From: Methanomassiliicoccaceae archaeon | GTDB taxonomy: Archaea > Thermoplasmatota > Thermoplasmata > Methanomassiliicoccales > Methanomassiliicoccaceae | Reading direction: 5' to 3' | Assembly: GCA_963728405.1 (NCBI GenBank) | Contig: CAVSJV010000007.1 | Location: forward strand, 32,001-96,000 | Length of the DNA: 64,000 nucleotides | Shown: positions 10,380 to 20,872 of the stretch, piece after piece | How the letters are laid out: each line of letters starts with the position of its first letter | Position numbering within the stretch: position 1 is the first letter of the stretch | Position numbers and translations under genes: made by a program | Notes under the pieces: model-generated | The model's input: the letters and a program-made list of their open reading frames with translations, nothing else | What the model was told of the DNA's origin: nothing | Database searches by the model: none

Positions 10380-12994
10380 TGAACCGCTCTGATGCAATTC
10401 TAGGATCGAGGAAGAAGCTAGACCCCAGGGATTTCGAGATCGTGCCCCAGGCGGCCGAAGGAGGCTGCGGCGTCGTCGGGCTCGCCGCCTCGAAGCCGGT
10501 CGAAGGGAAGCATATTCTCCAGCCGCTGCAGCAGATGCACAACCGCGGCAATGGCAAGGGCGGTGGCATATCCGCGGTCGGCCTGATCCCGGAGCAGCTG
10601 GGCGTCGACCGGAAGACCCTGGAAGAGCACTATCTCATCCAGGTGGCCTATCTCCAGGACTCGGTCCGAAAGGAGCTGGAGGAGTTCATCCACGAGCGGT
10701 ACGATGTCGCCTCGAGCCACCAGGTGTCGACCAGCTCGGACCCGGTGCTGTTGGCGCGCCTAGAGGTACGCCCACCGACGGTGGTCAGGTATTTCTGCCG
10801 GGCCAAGAAGGCCAGACTGGACTCTTTCATCGCCGAGAACAATCTCCAGGACCTCGATGAGGGGCAGGCCGAGGACGAGTACGTCTACCAGACCAGTTAT
10901 CTGATCAACCTGAAGTACTACGCGAACTCGACCATGACCGCGTTCGTCATGTCCCAGGGACGGAACATGCTGATCATGAAGATCGTTGGCTACGCCGAGG
11001 ACGTCATCCTGTACTACAACATGGAGGACTTCAAGGCGAACATCTGGATCGGGCACCAGAGATTCCCCACCAAGGGTCGGGTATGGCATCCCGGCGGGGC
11101 CCACCCCTTCATGGGGCTGGATGAGGCGCTCGTCCACAACGGGGACTTCGCCAACTACCATTCCGTATCGGAATACCTGGGCCAGAAGGGGATCAAGCCG
11201 CTGTTCCTCACCGATACCGAGGTATCTATCCTGCTGTTCGACCTGCTCAACCGGGTCTATGGCTATCCCCTGGAGTACATCCTGGAAGCCTTGGCACCGA
11301 CCACCGAAAGGGACTTCTTCCAATTGCCGGCGGAGAAGCAGAGCATCTATCGGGCGATCCAGTCGACCCATCTGCACCGCTCCCCCGACGGCCCCTGGTT
11401 CTTCATCATAAGCCGGAACGACCACTACAACGATCGCCTACAGCTGATCGGCATCACCGACACTTCGATGCTCCGGCCCCAGGTGTTCGCCCTGGTCGAA
11501 GGGGAACTGCAGATCGGGCTGATCGCATCGGAGAAACAGGCCATCGACTCCGCCTTGGAGAGCCTGGCCAAGATGTACAAGACGCTGCCGCTGCAGGCGG
11601 ACGTGTATTGGAACGCCAGGGGCGGAAGCCACACCGACGGCGGGTCGTTCATCTTCACCCTGGGCAAGGATGTGCCCGGAAAGGGGAGACCGCTGACCTG
11701 CACCAACAAGTTCGGCGCGAAGGTCGCCGTCCCGGGCAACGATTTCGACATGGCCAAGGACGCCGTCATGGCCGGGGCCCTGTCCAAAGCGGCTACCTCC
11801 GCGCTAGCCGACAAGATGCTGGCCGGAAGCCTCGAGGAAGGTTTCAAGGCCTGGACCGAGGCGGTCGCCCGCGGCTCTCCACAGGAATTGATGGACGCCA
11901 TGTCGGCGTTGTCCACGCAGGCCGAGAGCGCCGCCGGTTGCGAGAAGCGGCTGGCCCTGTTATCCCTGGCGCTGGACCGCCGATACCCGACCGGAACACT
12001 GCGCCGGAGCCGCATACTGACCCAGCTCAACAACGCCATCGCGCATATGGTGAGGTCCTCGCCCCGCATTGAGTCAGGCAAGGCATCCAGTATCGCCTTG
12101 CTCGACCTGCAGAACTACCGCTCGATCGTCGCTCCTCGGCCCGGTCAATGGGCCCTGGCGATCGATTGCGATCGTTTCCCCATGGAGGGCGAAGAGGGAG
12201 TTTCGCACGTCATCTGCCGCGCCGCCGAACTGGGATGGCAGAAGGTCATCACCGTCGGCACGCAGGGGCAGCGCTTCTTCGGTTGTGGTCTGGGCCCCCG
12301 TTCGAACGGTCTCGAGATCGATGTCTACGGCAGCTCCGGGGACTACCTGGCCTCGGGGCTGGACGGAGCCTCGATCACCATCCACGGCAACGGGCAGGAC
12401 CAGCTCGGTCAGATATTGGCCTCGGGAAAACTGGTCGTCCACGGCGATGTGGGTCAGACCTTCATGTACGGCGCCAAGGGCGGCAACATCTTCATCCGCG
12501 GCAACGCCGCGGGAAGGCCGCTGATCAACGCAGTAGGGAAGCCCCGCGTTATCATCAATGGCACTTGCCTAGACTATCTGGCCGAATCCATAATGGCCGG
12601 TGACCCGCTCAACGGCGGGGGATTCGTCGTGCTCAACGCCCTGAGCTTCGATGCAGAAGGCCGCGCCCATGATCTGGCCGAGCCGTATCCGGGCGGCAAT
12701 CTGTTCTCCCTCGCTTCCGGCGGTGCGATCTATGTCCGCGACCCGATGGACAAGGTAGGCGAGGACCAGCTCAACGGCGGTCGTATCGTCCGGATGGGGG
12801 AGAAGGATTGGGAGATGCTCCTTCCCTATCTCAGGGAGAACGAGGCGCTCTTCGGCATATCTATCGAGAACGACCTTCTCATGAAGAACGGCTCCCCGGT
12901 CCGCCCGGAGGAGATGTATAAAAAGGTCGAGGTGGTGCCGATCGCCAAGGCCGCCCCCCAGGTGGCCGAGGTGGCTGACGACGACGCGAACTGA
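10379..12994 (+). CDS. Glutamate synthase amidotransferase (Ntn, GATase-2) domain fused to GXGXG domain
   Basis: EGG-CGVVG (Ntn catalytic Cys), HNRGNG, GHQR, HPF, VHNGD, TDTE; C-terminal GXGXG repeats. Confidence 0.92.
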   Translation: MNRSDAILGSRKKLDPRDFEIVPQAAEGGCGVVGLAASKPVEGKHILQPLQQMHNRGNGKGGGISAVGLIPEQLGVDRKTLEEHYLIQVAYLQDSVRKELEEFIHERYDVASSHQVSTSSDPVLLARLEVRPPTVVRYFCRAKKARLDSFIAENNLQDLDEGQAEDEYVYQTSYLINLKYYANSTMTAFVMSQGRNMLIMKIVGYAEDVILYYNMEDFKANIWIGHQRFPTKGRVWHPGGAHPFMGLDEALVHNGDFANYHSVSEYLGQKGIKPLFLTDTEVSILLFDLLNRVYGYPLEYILEALAPTTERDFFQLPAEKQSIYRAIQSTHLHRSPDGPWFFIISRNDHYNDRLQLIGITDTSMLRPQVFALVEGELQIGLIASEKQAIDSALESLAKMYKTLPLQADVYWNARGGSHTDGGSFIFTLGKDVPGKGRPLTCTNKFGAKVAVPGNDFDMAKDAVMAGALSKAATSALADKMLAGSLEEGFKAWTEAVARGSPQELMDAMSALSTQAESAAGCEKRLALLSLALDRRYPTGTLRRSRILTQLNNAIAHMVRSSPRIESGKASSIALLDLQNYRSIVAPRPGQWALAIDCDRFPMEGEEGVSHVICRAAELGWQKVITVGTQGQRFFGCGLGPRSNGLEIDVYGSSGDYLASGLDGASITIHGNGQDQLGQILASGKLVVHGDVGQTFMYGAKGGNIFIRGNAAGRPLINAVGKPRVIINGTCLDYLAESIMAGDPLNGGGFVVLNALSFDAEGRAHDLAEPYPGGNLFSLASGGAIYVRDPMDKVGEDQLNGGRIVRMGEKDWEMLLPYLRENEALFGISIENDLLMKNGSPVRPEEMYKKVEVVPIAKAAPQVAEVADDDAN

Positions 12995-13143
12995 TCGCCC
13001 GCCTTCTTACTGAAACCTCTTATCCATATTCTTTATTCAAGACCGTTATTGGTCCGTGATGTCGATCCCATCGGCCCTAGGCCCATATTGGCCGTCCCAA
13101 CCGCCATCATAGATCGGGCAGTGCCACTGAGGAACATTTATGG

Positions 13144-14706
13144 GTGGCTTTGTGCCATAGATGTCGTTCTGTGCGTAGAAAATTCATTCCCTTATTCCTT
13201 GTGATGTTGTTGGCTGCGTCACTGGTCCTGACCGTTCTGCCTATGGCATCACTCGCCGCCGATCCTCCTGCAACTCACGTCTTCATCTCCGAGGGAGCCG
13301 AGGAATCGACATACGACCAGTGGGATGCACAGTGGGAACGGTACGACGCCAACAACAACTCGGATAGCGATTACTGGTGCCGGACCACCCATAACGTCCA
13401 TGGTGGGGACCGCGCCATCTATTGCGCCAGGGTCGGTTACAACAGTCACTATATGATGCCGGTAAAAATGGGGGATGGCTCCACGGCCAACACGCAGCCA
13501 TGGAACGTGAACATCACCGGTCTCCCGGCCAATGCCACGCCCTCCAGCTTCGTTTATCGCTACGATACCGGCCAGGACTCCATCATGCGGAAGAACTTGG
13601 TCGGCGCCTCCTACTATGGCCAGCTGACAATGACCTTCTGGTTCTGGTCGCAGACCGGTGCTTCCGACGCAGTACAGCCCGGTTCCAACCTCTCCGTGGG
13701 TTACGATTTCCTCAATGCTGTTTATTACACTGGCAGCGGGGATGGTCTGGTGAAGCATGTACTATGGACCGATTCCTACGCCCAGGCGACCGCCCGATCA
13801 TGGACCTCGGTGACCATCAGCGTGCCCAGAAATGCGACCATGGTGGCCTTCGAGTTCGTATCCGGAACCAAGGCCCCGGCGGGAGGGGACGGCCTTGACC
13901 GTTGGTCCGCCGATCGGGTCAAGGTAGTTAACGACGGCATGCTCGAGGGCGTCTATCTGGATGACATAACGCTCAGCGGCACGGACCCGCTGCCGGTCAT
14001 CCCCCTGGCTACCGCCGTGGAGGCCCTGGGGCCCCTGCAGAACGACCATTACTTCCCGGTCAGCTATTCCATCAACGAGCCGACGGCGCCCATGGCCTAC
14101 ACCTACTTGTTTTACCGCCAGAGCGATAGCGGGCCCTGGACCCAGTACACATCAGCGTCCAATCCCGACGGCAGGTTCTATGACGGCCCCATCATGTTCC
14201 TCGCTCCTAGCGATGGCCATTATGAGTTCTTTACTCAGGGCTTCGACCAGACCGGTACTTCGGAGGACCTGCGCAACACCCCCGACACCACCACGACCGT
14301 AGATACGCTGGCTCCGATCACCTCCCTGGCCGTCAACGGGGCCATTCTGTCCTCTGGAGACTACAGTGCACCCATATCGTTCACTCTCGATCCCATCGAT
14401 GAGGGTTCGGGGGTGAACGCCACCTCCTACCGGATCGACAATGGCCCTTGGACCCGCTACAATGGTTCGGCGGTGGTCCTGAGCAGCGTGGGCTCTCATG
14501 TGGTCCAGTACTACTCTACCGACCTGGCCGGGAGCGCCGAGGCGGTCGAGACCAAGGAGCTCCGGATCAGCTCCTCGGGGGCCGTGGCCGGGACCGGCCT
14601 GTTCGGCCCCATTGGTAACAACGAGTTCCTCCTGATCGGGATCGCGGCCATGGGCGTTGTGGCCGTAGGTATCGTTGTCGCGGCGAAGCGCCGCAAGGGC
14701 TCTTAG
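13144..14706 (+). CDS. Secreted, C-terminally membrane-anchored surface protein with OmpL47/Ig-like beta domain
   Basis: Signal peptide; DTLAPIT...DEGSGV...YRID..W..Y......VQYYSTDLAG; C-terminal TM followed by KRRK. Confidence 0.75.
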   Translation: MALCHRCRSVRRKFIPLFLVMLLAASLVLTVLPMASLAADPPATHVFISEGAEESTYDQWDAQWERYDANNNSDSDYWCRTTHNVHGGDRAIYCARVGYNSHYMMPVKMGDGSTANTQPWNVNITGLPANATPSSFVYRYDTGQDSIMRKNLVGASYYGQLTMTFWFWSQTGASDAVQPGSNLSVGYDFLNAVYYTGSGDGLVKHVLWTDSYAQATARSWTSVTISVPRNATMVAFEFVSGTKAPAGGDGLDRWSADRVKVVNDGMLEGVYLDDITLSGTDPLPVIPLATAVEALGPLQNDHYFPVSYSINEPTAPMAYTYLFYRQSDSGPWTQYTSASNPDGRFYDGPIMFLAPSDGHYEFFTQGFDQTGTSEDLRNTPDTTTTVDTLAPITSLAVNGAILSSGDYSAPISFTLDPIDEGSGVNATSYRIDNGPWTRYNGSAVVLSSVGSHVVQYYSTDLAGSAEAVETKELRISSSGAVAGTGLFGPIGNNEFLLIGIAAMGVVAVGIVVAAKRRKGS

Positions 14707-15113
14707 GATGGCATTATGTAAAAAACGACTGGCCCGGAGGGCCTAAAAAGTTTCCTGACTATGCCGACATGCCTCTCCTTTGTAAGAAGACGTAAGATAG
14801 CAACAGCGCTACGATCGTAGAGGCAAACCTCACCACACGGACACACCAACATCGGGGACGCAGGTGCCCATTATGATCATCCTATCCCCGCCCCCCCCAT
14901 CGTGATCGTACCACCCACTGGATACGGGACCGGGGTGATGTCCGCGATCACACCGCCGGCGAACGATATGATGAACCAGGGGGCACATCCCTCACGCTCA
15001 ATACCCCAGTGACGATGCTGAAGATGAACAGGAACAGATCCTATCGGATTCAAACGCCTGGATCTGGGGGTGGCCGGGGTCGGATGGGCTTGGAGGCCCA
15101 ACCCATGCGTTCC

Positions 15114-16033
15114 TCAGCCGAGCCACTGGGGGTTGTGGTAGGTGCTGTCGTGGATCCGGGTCGTTTTGTAGCGTTCATACGCCCCCTTCGACGCAGCCTG
15201 GGCGGTCCGAGCGAGGATGGCCGCGGTCTCCTCCGTCGTCATCGGGTGGAAGGTACGGGCTGCTGTGAGCGCCTGCTCGAGCACCTCCATTGAGTCGCAG
15301 CCGGTGATCACGACGCTGGTCGGAAGGTTCATCGCATAGTGCAGGCACTCGATAGGCGTCACCGTCCCGCTTTCCAGAATGACCCGGTCGCCCATTGCCT
15401 TCATCCCGAGGACGCCGATCTCGTCCCTTACGAGGGTCGGCAAGATCCTCTCTTCGAAGCTCTCGAAATGGGCGTCCATCACGTTCAGCGGCATCTGGAC
15501 CGTATCGAAGCGGAAGTGGTGCTCGTCCGCTGTGCCAAGCATCTTTGGTGGACATCGGGTCCTTGTGCCCGGTGAACCCGATAAAGCGGACCTTGCCCCC
15601 ACCCGGGCCTCCAGACGCGCCTCCAATGCGCCGCCTTCGGCAAAGATCCGTTCTGGATCTTCGGCCTGGATACCTCGTGGAACTGGAGCAGGTCTAGACG
15701 TCGGTCTGCAGCCTTTTCAGCGATTCGTCGAGCTGGCTCGCCGCCGACCTCTTGTTCCGGCCGTCGATCTTGGTCATGAGGAACGACACGCTCGCGGTAC
15801 CCGTCACGGAGCGCCTTGCCCATGCGGATCTCGCTCTGCCCAGCGTTATAGTCCCAGCTATTGTCAAGGAACGTGATCCCAATGTCGATCGCCGTGCGGA
15901 CGATGCGGATGCTCTCCGCCTCCCCGATGTCCGGTTTTCCGATATGGTGTCCTCCCAGGCCGATCGCCGAGACCTTCTCCCTGGTCCGTCCGAGCATCCG
16001 GCGCGGAACACCACCTTCTTTTGAATTAGCCAT
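15114..16033 (-). CDS. Aldo/keto reductase (several frameshifts)
   Basis: LGRTREKVSAIGLGG, FLDNSWDY, MTKID, FDTVQMPLN, LGMK across frames. Confidence 0.85.
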
Positions 16034-16054
16034 ACTGTTCACTCTCCTCTCTGT

Positions 16055-17057
16055 TTATGAGCGATTGATGGAGGGATGCGATGTATTTTTCGTCCAGGTC
16101 ACCGAAGTTGCCCAGTCGCACGGAAGGTCGACCATAATCCTTCCGGCCCAGGACCACTTTGTTGGTCCGACGAGGGCATTCTTGACGAGTAACTGTATGG
16201 CAGTGTGGTAAGGGACGCTTGCCCCACGGTCTGACCCCTGCGGGTTCCAGTCGTTCAGCCTAACGATGACGTCACCCAATTTCAGCCCGGCCGCCTCTGC
16301 CGGCCCCTGCCTGGTGACCTAGGAAATGAAGGCACCACAGGTGTCCGGAAACCGGAAGTGATAGGTCATGCGCATGTCCACATCGTGAGCGGTGATGCTA
16401 AGCCAGGCCCACCGGACCTTGCCGTGCTAGATCAGCTGCTGAGCGATGGACTGGGCCAGTTTGATAGGGATGGCGAAGCCCATGCCTTCCGCGTAGGGGA
16501 TCTGTGTTACGGTGATGACCATTAAATCTCCATCCAGGTCCACTAGCGGACCGCCGCTGCTTCCTGGGTTTACAGGAGCATCGGTCTGTATCACCGGGAA
16601 TCCATCTCTTCGCCCCATAATCAGGTTCCGGCACAGGCAGCTGACGATGCCAGAGGTGACCGAAGGCCCCCCCCGAAAGACCTAGGGGATTGCCGATGCA
16701 CAGGATGGGCTGCCCGACCCGGAGCTCATCGGAGTCACCCATCTCGGCCTGCGGCATTGATGAACCATCTATTCTTACCACGGCGATGTCCACGGTGGGG
16801 TCGCTTCCGACAACTTCGCCAGTATGCGCCGTGCCATCATTCGCCAGGACCATGATCCGATCCGCCTGGGCCACCACGTGGGCATTGGTGAGGATGTGCC
16901 CCTTTTCATCCAGGACAATGCCCGAGCCGCCCCATCTCCTTGAGTGGGGCCCGCAAGGATGTCCGCAGGAGCCTGCCGCCCTCACACTGACGGCGCTCTT
17001 ACTGGCCTTGGCCACCGCTTGGATGTACTTCTGCTTATATTCCGAAAGCAGTTTCAT
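16055..17057 (-). pseudogene. HtrA/DegP-like serine protease with PDZ domain; homopolymer frameshift, two in-frame TAG codons, truncated PDZ
   Basis: LTNAHVV, DIAVV, IQTDAPVNPGSSGGPL, GPAEAAGLKLGDVI. TAG at 16427-16429 and 16319-16321. Confidence 0.8.
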
Positions 17058-17196
17058 CGGCTTTTGATGACCCTTGGAGGATATGTCGACCAGTTGGCCG
17101 CCTAGCCGGTCACAATCGGTGCCTGGCCCCTTTAATTTACCAATATATCATGCTCAACCTCAACCACCGAGCGAGCAATTTGAAGATAGAGCTAGT

Positions 17197-18321
17197 TCAG
17201 TCCTCTCTCCACTTAAACAGTTTCACTGCGGCCACCAAAACTATGACCGTGATCACTGCGACGACGGCCAGGTCGATCAAGGCTGCTGTGTTGTTATCAT
17301 ACACCATGACGTTGTTCAATCCTTCGATCACGTAGAAAGCGGCAGTACTGTGGGCGAGGGTCTGCAGGTACTGGGGCATGATGCTTATCGGGAAGAAAGT
17401 GCCCGAAAGGAACATCATCGGGAACGTCACGATGTTCCCCACCACGCCCGCGGTCTCGGGGTCCTTAGACACCGTTCCGACCAGCATGCCCATCGCTGCG
17501 AAGAGCATGGGACCTAATATCAAAAAGGGTAGGATCCACCATGTCAGGGTTATGTGCGCTCCGAAGGCCAGCACGCCTACGGTGACCATGAGGACAAAGG
17601 AGATCGCCGAGAGGACGATGTACCAGAGCACCTTGGATACCAACCACTCCATCTTGGTCAGCGGGGTCAAGCTTAGTTGCTTGAACAGCTTGGTCTTCTT
17701 GTAATTGGAGGAAATGTTCACCAGTGAGAACATTGGACTGACCAGTATCGAGAACCCGATGAGCCCCGGGATCAGGAAGTCGATGTATTTGGTCTGCTGG
17801 GTGTTGACCGTGGTCTGCTCCGTGCCTATAATGACGGTCCCGTTGAAGCGTTCCAGGTTAAACAGGTTCGCTACGCCAGTGACCGTTCCCGACACAATGC
17901 TACTGCTACTGGATGCGGGGTTGCCGTAGACGGTGACATTGACCTGATGTGCGGCGATGTAATCCCTGGAGAAATTGGCGGGAATGACGATCCCGTCCGA
18001 GGCCGAATGGTCCGAGAGGTACTTCGCGAAATTCTCCGAGGGGTCCACCATTACGACGTTGAGCGTACCCGAGCTGTTAAGCGCGCTCACGAATTGGCTG
18101 GCCACATCCATCTGCGGTGAAAGGAATGGGCCGGTGTCCTCGTTCTGGACGTAAACCGTGGTCGTCCCAGTAGAGTTACCGGAGAAGATCGCGCCGAATA
18201 TCAGGATAAGGATGATCGGAAACACTAGACCGAAGAACAGCCCCACCCGGTTCCTCAGATATCCCCGGCTGTACACCTTGAAGTCCGCGATGGTTCTCTT
18301 GCCGCTAACTCTGCTAGCCAT
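17197..18321 (-). CDS. ABC-2 transporter permease with large extracellular loop
   Basis: N-terminal TM, YIDFLIPG, MMFLSGTFFP. Confidence 0.9.
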   Translation of the reverse strand: MASRVSGKRTIADFKVYSRGYLRNRVGLFFGLVFPIILILIFGAIFSGNSTGTTTVYVQNEDTGPFLSPQMDVASQFVSALNSSGTLNVVMVDPSENFAKYLSDHSASDGIVIPANFSRDYIAAHQVNVTVYGNPASSSSSIVSGTVTGVANLFNLERFNGTVIIGTEQTTVNTQQTKYIDFLIPGLIGFSILVSPMFSLVNISSNYKKTKLFKQLSLTPLTKMEWLVSKVLWYIVLSAISFVLMVTVGVLAFGAHITLTWWILPFLILGPMLFAAMGMLVGTVSKDPETAGVVGNIVTFPMMFLSGTFFPISIMPQYLQTLAHSTAAFYVIEGLNNVMVYDNNTAALIDLAVVAVITVIVLVAAVKLFKWRED

Positions 18322-19285
18322 GCTCAGCGCTCCGATCGGTTTCCGGATCGGCCGTCATCGGGGCCGATGTGATCTCTCCCTTTTCGTTCACAGCTCCGCT
18401 TACGAGCTTGACGAACACATCGTCGAGGCTGTCCACCCGAGTACGGATCTCGCCCCACGCCATCTTCGAACGCTGAGCCGCATCCAGCGCCACCAAGGCG
18501 TCGGTCTTCTGCTCGAGCAGAACGCTGATCACACCATTACTGAACTCCACATTGAGCTTGGTGTTCGTTTTGATATAGTTGGCCAGCTCCTCGCTTCCGC
18601 CAATTTCCAACCGCTCCCCTGAGCCGTGTTGCTTGATGATCTCCTCCGAGGTCCCCCGGGCCACGATGCGCCCGTGATTCATGATGGCCACCCGGTCGGA
18701 GAGCTGTTGTGCTTCGTCCAGGTAGTGGGTGGTCAGGACTATCGTCTTGCCTTGGGCCCTCAATCCCCTGATCACTTCCCATATCGCCCTTCTCGCGTTC
18801 GGGTCAAGACCGGTGGTGGGCTCATCGAGGAACAGCAGGTCGGGAGAATTCACGAGTGAAAGGGCCAGGCCGGTCTTCTGTTTCTGCCCTCCCGACAAGT
18901 TCTCAAAAAGTGTGTTTGCGGAATCTTCCAGCAGGACCGCTCTAAGGATCTCATCCGGATCCGTTTTTCTTCCGAAGAGACGTGCATAGTAAATTATGGC
19001 CTCCCGCGGACTGGTCTTATCGAAGAACGTGAACTCCTGCGGGATGACGCCTATCTTCCCATGCAGTTCGTAACCGTGGTCCCAGGGGTCCAAACCCAGG
19101 ACTTGGGCATCTCCACCATCTTTTTTCCGTAGGCCCTCCAGGATCTCTATGGTGGTGGTCTTGCCTGCCCCGTTGGGGCCGAGGAGCCCGAAGACCTCGC
19201 CTTCGTTAATCGTGAAGGAGATATCGTCTACTGCTTTTACATCGCCGTAGTACTTCTTTAGGTTGGTAACTTCAATGGGCTTCAT
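18314..19285 (-). CDS. ABC transporter ATP-binding protein
   Basis: GPNGAGKTT, LSGGQ, FLDEPTTGLDP, TTHY. Confidence 0.95.
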   Translation of the reverse strand: MKPIEVTNLKKYYGDVKAVDDISFTINEGEVFGLLGPNGAGKTTTIEILEGLRKKDGGDAQVLGLDPWDHGYELHGKIGVIPQEFTFFDKTSPREAIIYYARLFGRKTDPDEILRAVLLEDSANTLFENLSGGQKQKTGLALSLVNSPDLLFLDEPTTGLDPNARRAIWEVIRGLRAQGKTIVLTTHYLDEAQQLSDRVAIMNHGRIVARGTSEEIIKQHGSGERLEIGGSEELANYIKTNTKLNVEFSNGVISVLLEQKTDALVALDAAQRSKMAWGEIRTRVDSLDDVFVKLVSGAVNEKGEITSAPMTADPETDRSAEHG

Positions 19286-19490
19286 CGGCGGTCACTGCGG
19301 GTTTTTGGCATATCCATTTCTAGGCGCACACAATTGACTTGGCCAAGATTGACACAAGTAGGGAGATATACTTTTGGACTCTAGATTCTTCAATATTGTT
19401 GCTCATAAATAATGGGTTGAAGCGAATAAGGATGGGCCCGATGGCAGAACATGTGAATTGTTTTCAAAGATGGAATTGTAGGAAATAGTT

Positions 19491-19595
19491 AATGGTGGGC
19501 CCGTCCAGATTGCCCATCTTGGCTGGCAAGTAAGTTGATTGCTTTGGTCAATAGCGGCCTTCCGAGCAATTTGAGCCTGTTACCGTAAATCCTCT
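19491..19595 (-). repeat. Degenerate tRNA-Pro 3'-end copy (att-like) plus conserved flank, copy 1
   Basis: AATGGTGGGCCCGTCCAGATT versus tRNA end AATGGTGGGTCTGTCCGGATT. A flank starting 56 nt after the repeat start matches copy 2 at 31612. Confidence 0.65.
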
Positions 19596-19747
19596 CACAC
19601 TATTCTTATTTAGCTTTAGAAAGAAGTGGTGGCCAGGAATGGCCAGGGCCAAGGCTTGTAAGATGATTGGTGCCAAGTGACGTGGAAGGGGTCTAGGCGC
19701 TAGATCCCATCCTTTCATGGAGAAGAACGAATGGCCCGTCGATGACA

Positions 19748-20308
19748 TTACCTGCTGCGTCGGAGCGCGTTACCGTTATGTCGCGTTCGTCCCATTTGTT
19801 GAAGGCGGCGTTGACGTCCCTTCGGGTCTGTGGTGGGCGTTGGCGTGCTGTTAGAGGGTGGCGATGAGTTGTCCGGTGTCGGAACCGACGGAGCCGTGAC
19901 CGGCACTGTGGTATTGTCCAGTGTTGTTGTTGGGGGTGTTGTTACCGACGAATTTACTGGAGAGGTTGTGTCATTGCTGGGTGATGATCGGGGAATGTTG
20001 CTCGGTGTCGAAGCCGATGGAGTTGTGACCGGCGCTGTGGTGTTGCTAGCTGACGATTGAGAATTATCATTCGGGGTTGTTATCGAAGGCGTCGTTATCG
20101 GGGCCGTTGGGACGTTGCCAGATGACGGTTGTGAACTATTGCCCGTATCCGCTTGGGTGGGGTCCGGACCATTCGGTGCCACGTTCACATCCGGGTTCGA
20201 ATGGTCCGATACCAGCGCCCATCCGATACCAGCGGCCGTTACCGCTCCTATCATAGCGATGATGGTGATGGCAAGCCAAGGGCTGTTCAATCGTATTGGC
20301 ATCCTCAA
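19748..20308 (-). CDS. Membrane-anchored Ser/Thr/Pro/Asn-rich low-complexity protein
   Basis: N-terminal TM followed by imperfect (N)TTxPVTxPS repeats. Confidence 0.55.
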   Translation of the reverse strand: MRMPIRLNSPWLAITIIAMIGAVTAAGIGWALVSDHSNPDVNVAPNGPDPTQADTGNSSQPSSGNVPTAPITTPSITTPNDNSQSSASNTTAPVTTPSASTPSNIPRSSPSNDTTSPVNSSVTTPPTTTLDNTTVPVTAPSVPTPDNSSPPSNSTPTPTTDPKGRQRRLQQMGRTRHNGNALRRSR

Positions 20309-20872
20309 TGCCCTCCTTCCGACGTTGGCCAGGGTACCTCATCTTAGTTATAGCTAACCCTCCGCCCCTTCCCCATCGTCGCCCTGTAAAGATGGTCGAG
20401 TTGATCTAAACCCCTGCAGTCATGGAAAGTTCAGTGTTGGTCGAGGTGTTAGGACCAATACTGGCATGATCGAGGTAGCAACCATAACATAAACCTTCAC
20501 GAGAGGTCGGTCATGGTACTTCGTTGACCTCAGAAGCCTCGTCCTTTGTTAGGTGCCGGTTGAGGCCGAGGGGCCCTCTGGGAGTTTGTTGTAGGACTGT
20601 TCAAATTATCTTTGCAAAGGATGCCTGAGCTGCCTTTGTCCAATGGAGTAAAAAAGGCCGAAGACCGAGGCCGAGGAAAGGGCGGATATTAAAAAAGAGA
20701 TAGCATACCCCGAGGCGCGGTCCAACGCGGTCTTTGAGGGCAGGATCACAAGAAAGCCCACGAAATGATCGAACAGTACGGATCGTCCACTTTCGGAGAG
20801 CTCTAAGGGGAATCGGTTCTTGATAGCTCGGTCCTCGCTTTCATTATTCCCGTCCTCCCATGCTATATTAAA

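Noticed and set aside
7763-12081. Long antisense and alternative-frame ORFs over the glt-like genes (and similar ones elsewhere)
   Set aside because: They are shadow ORFs expected in GC-rich coding DNA and carry no recognisable motifs.
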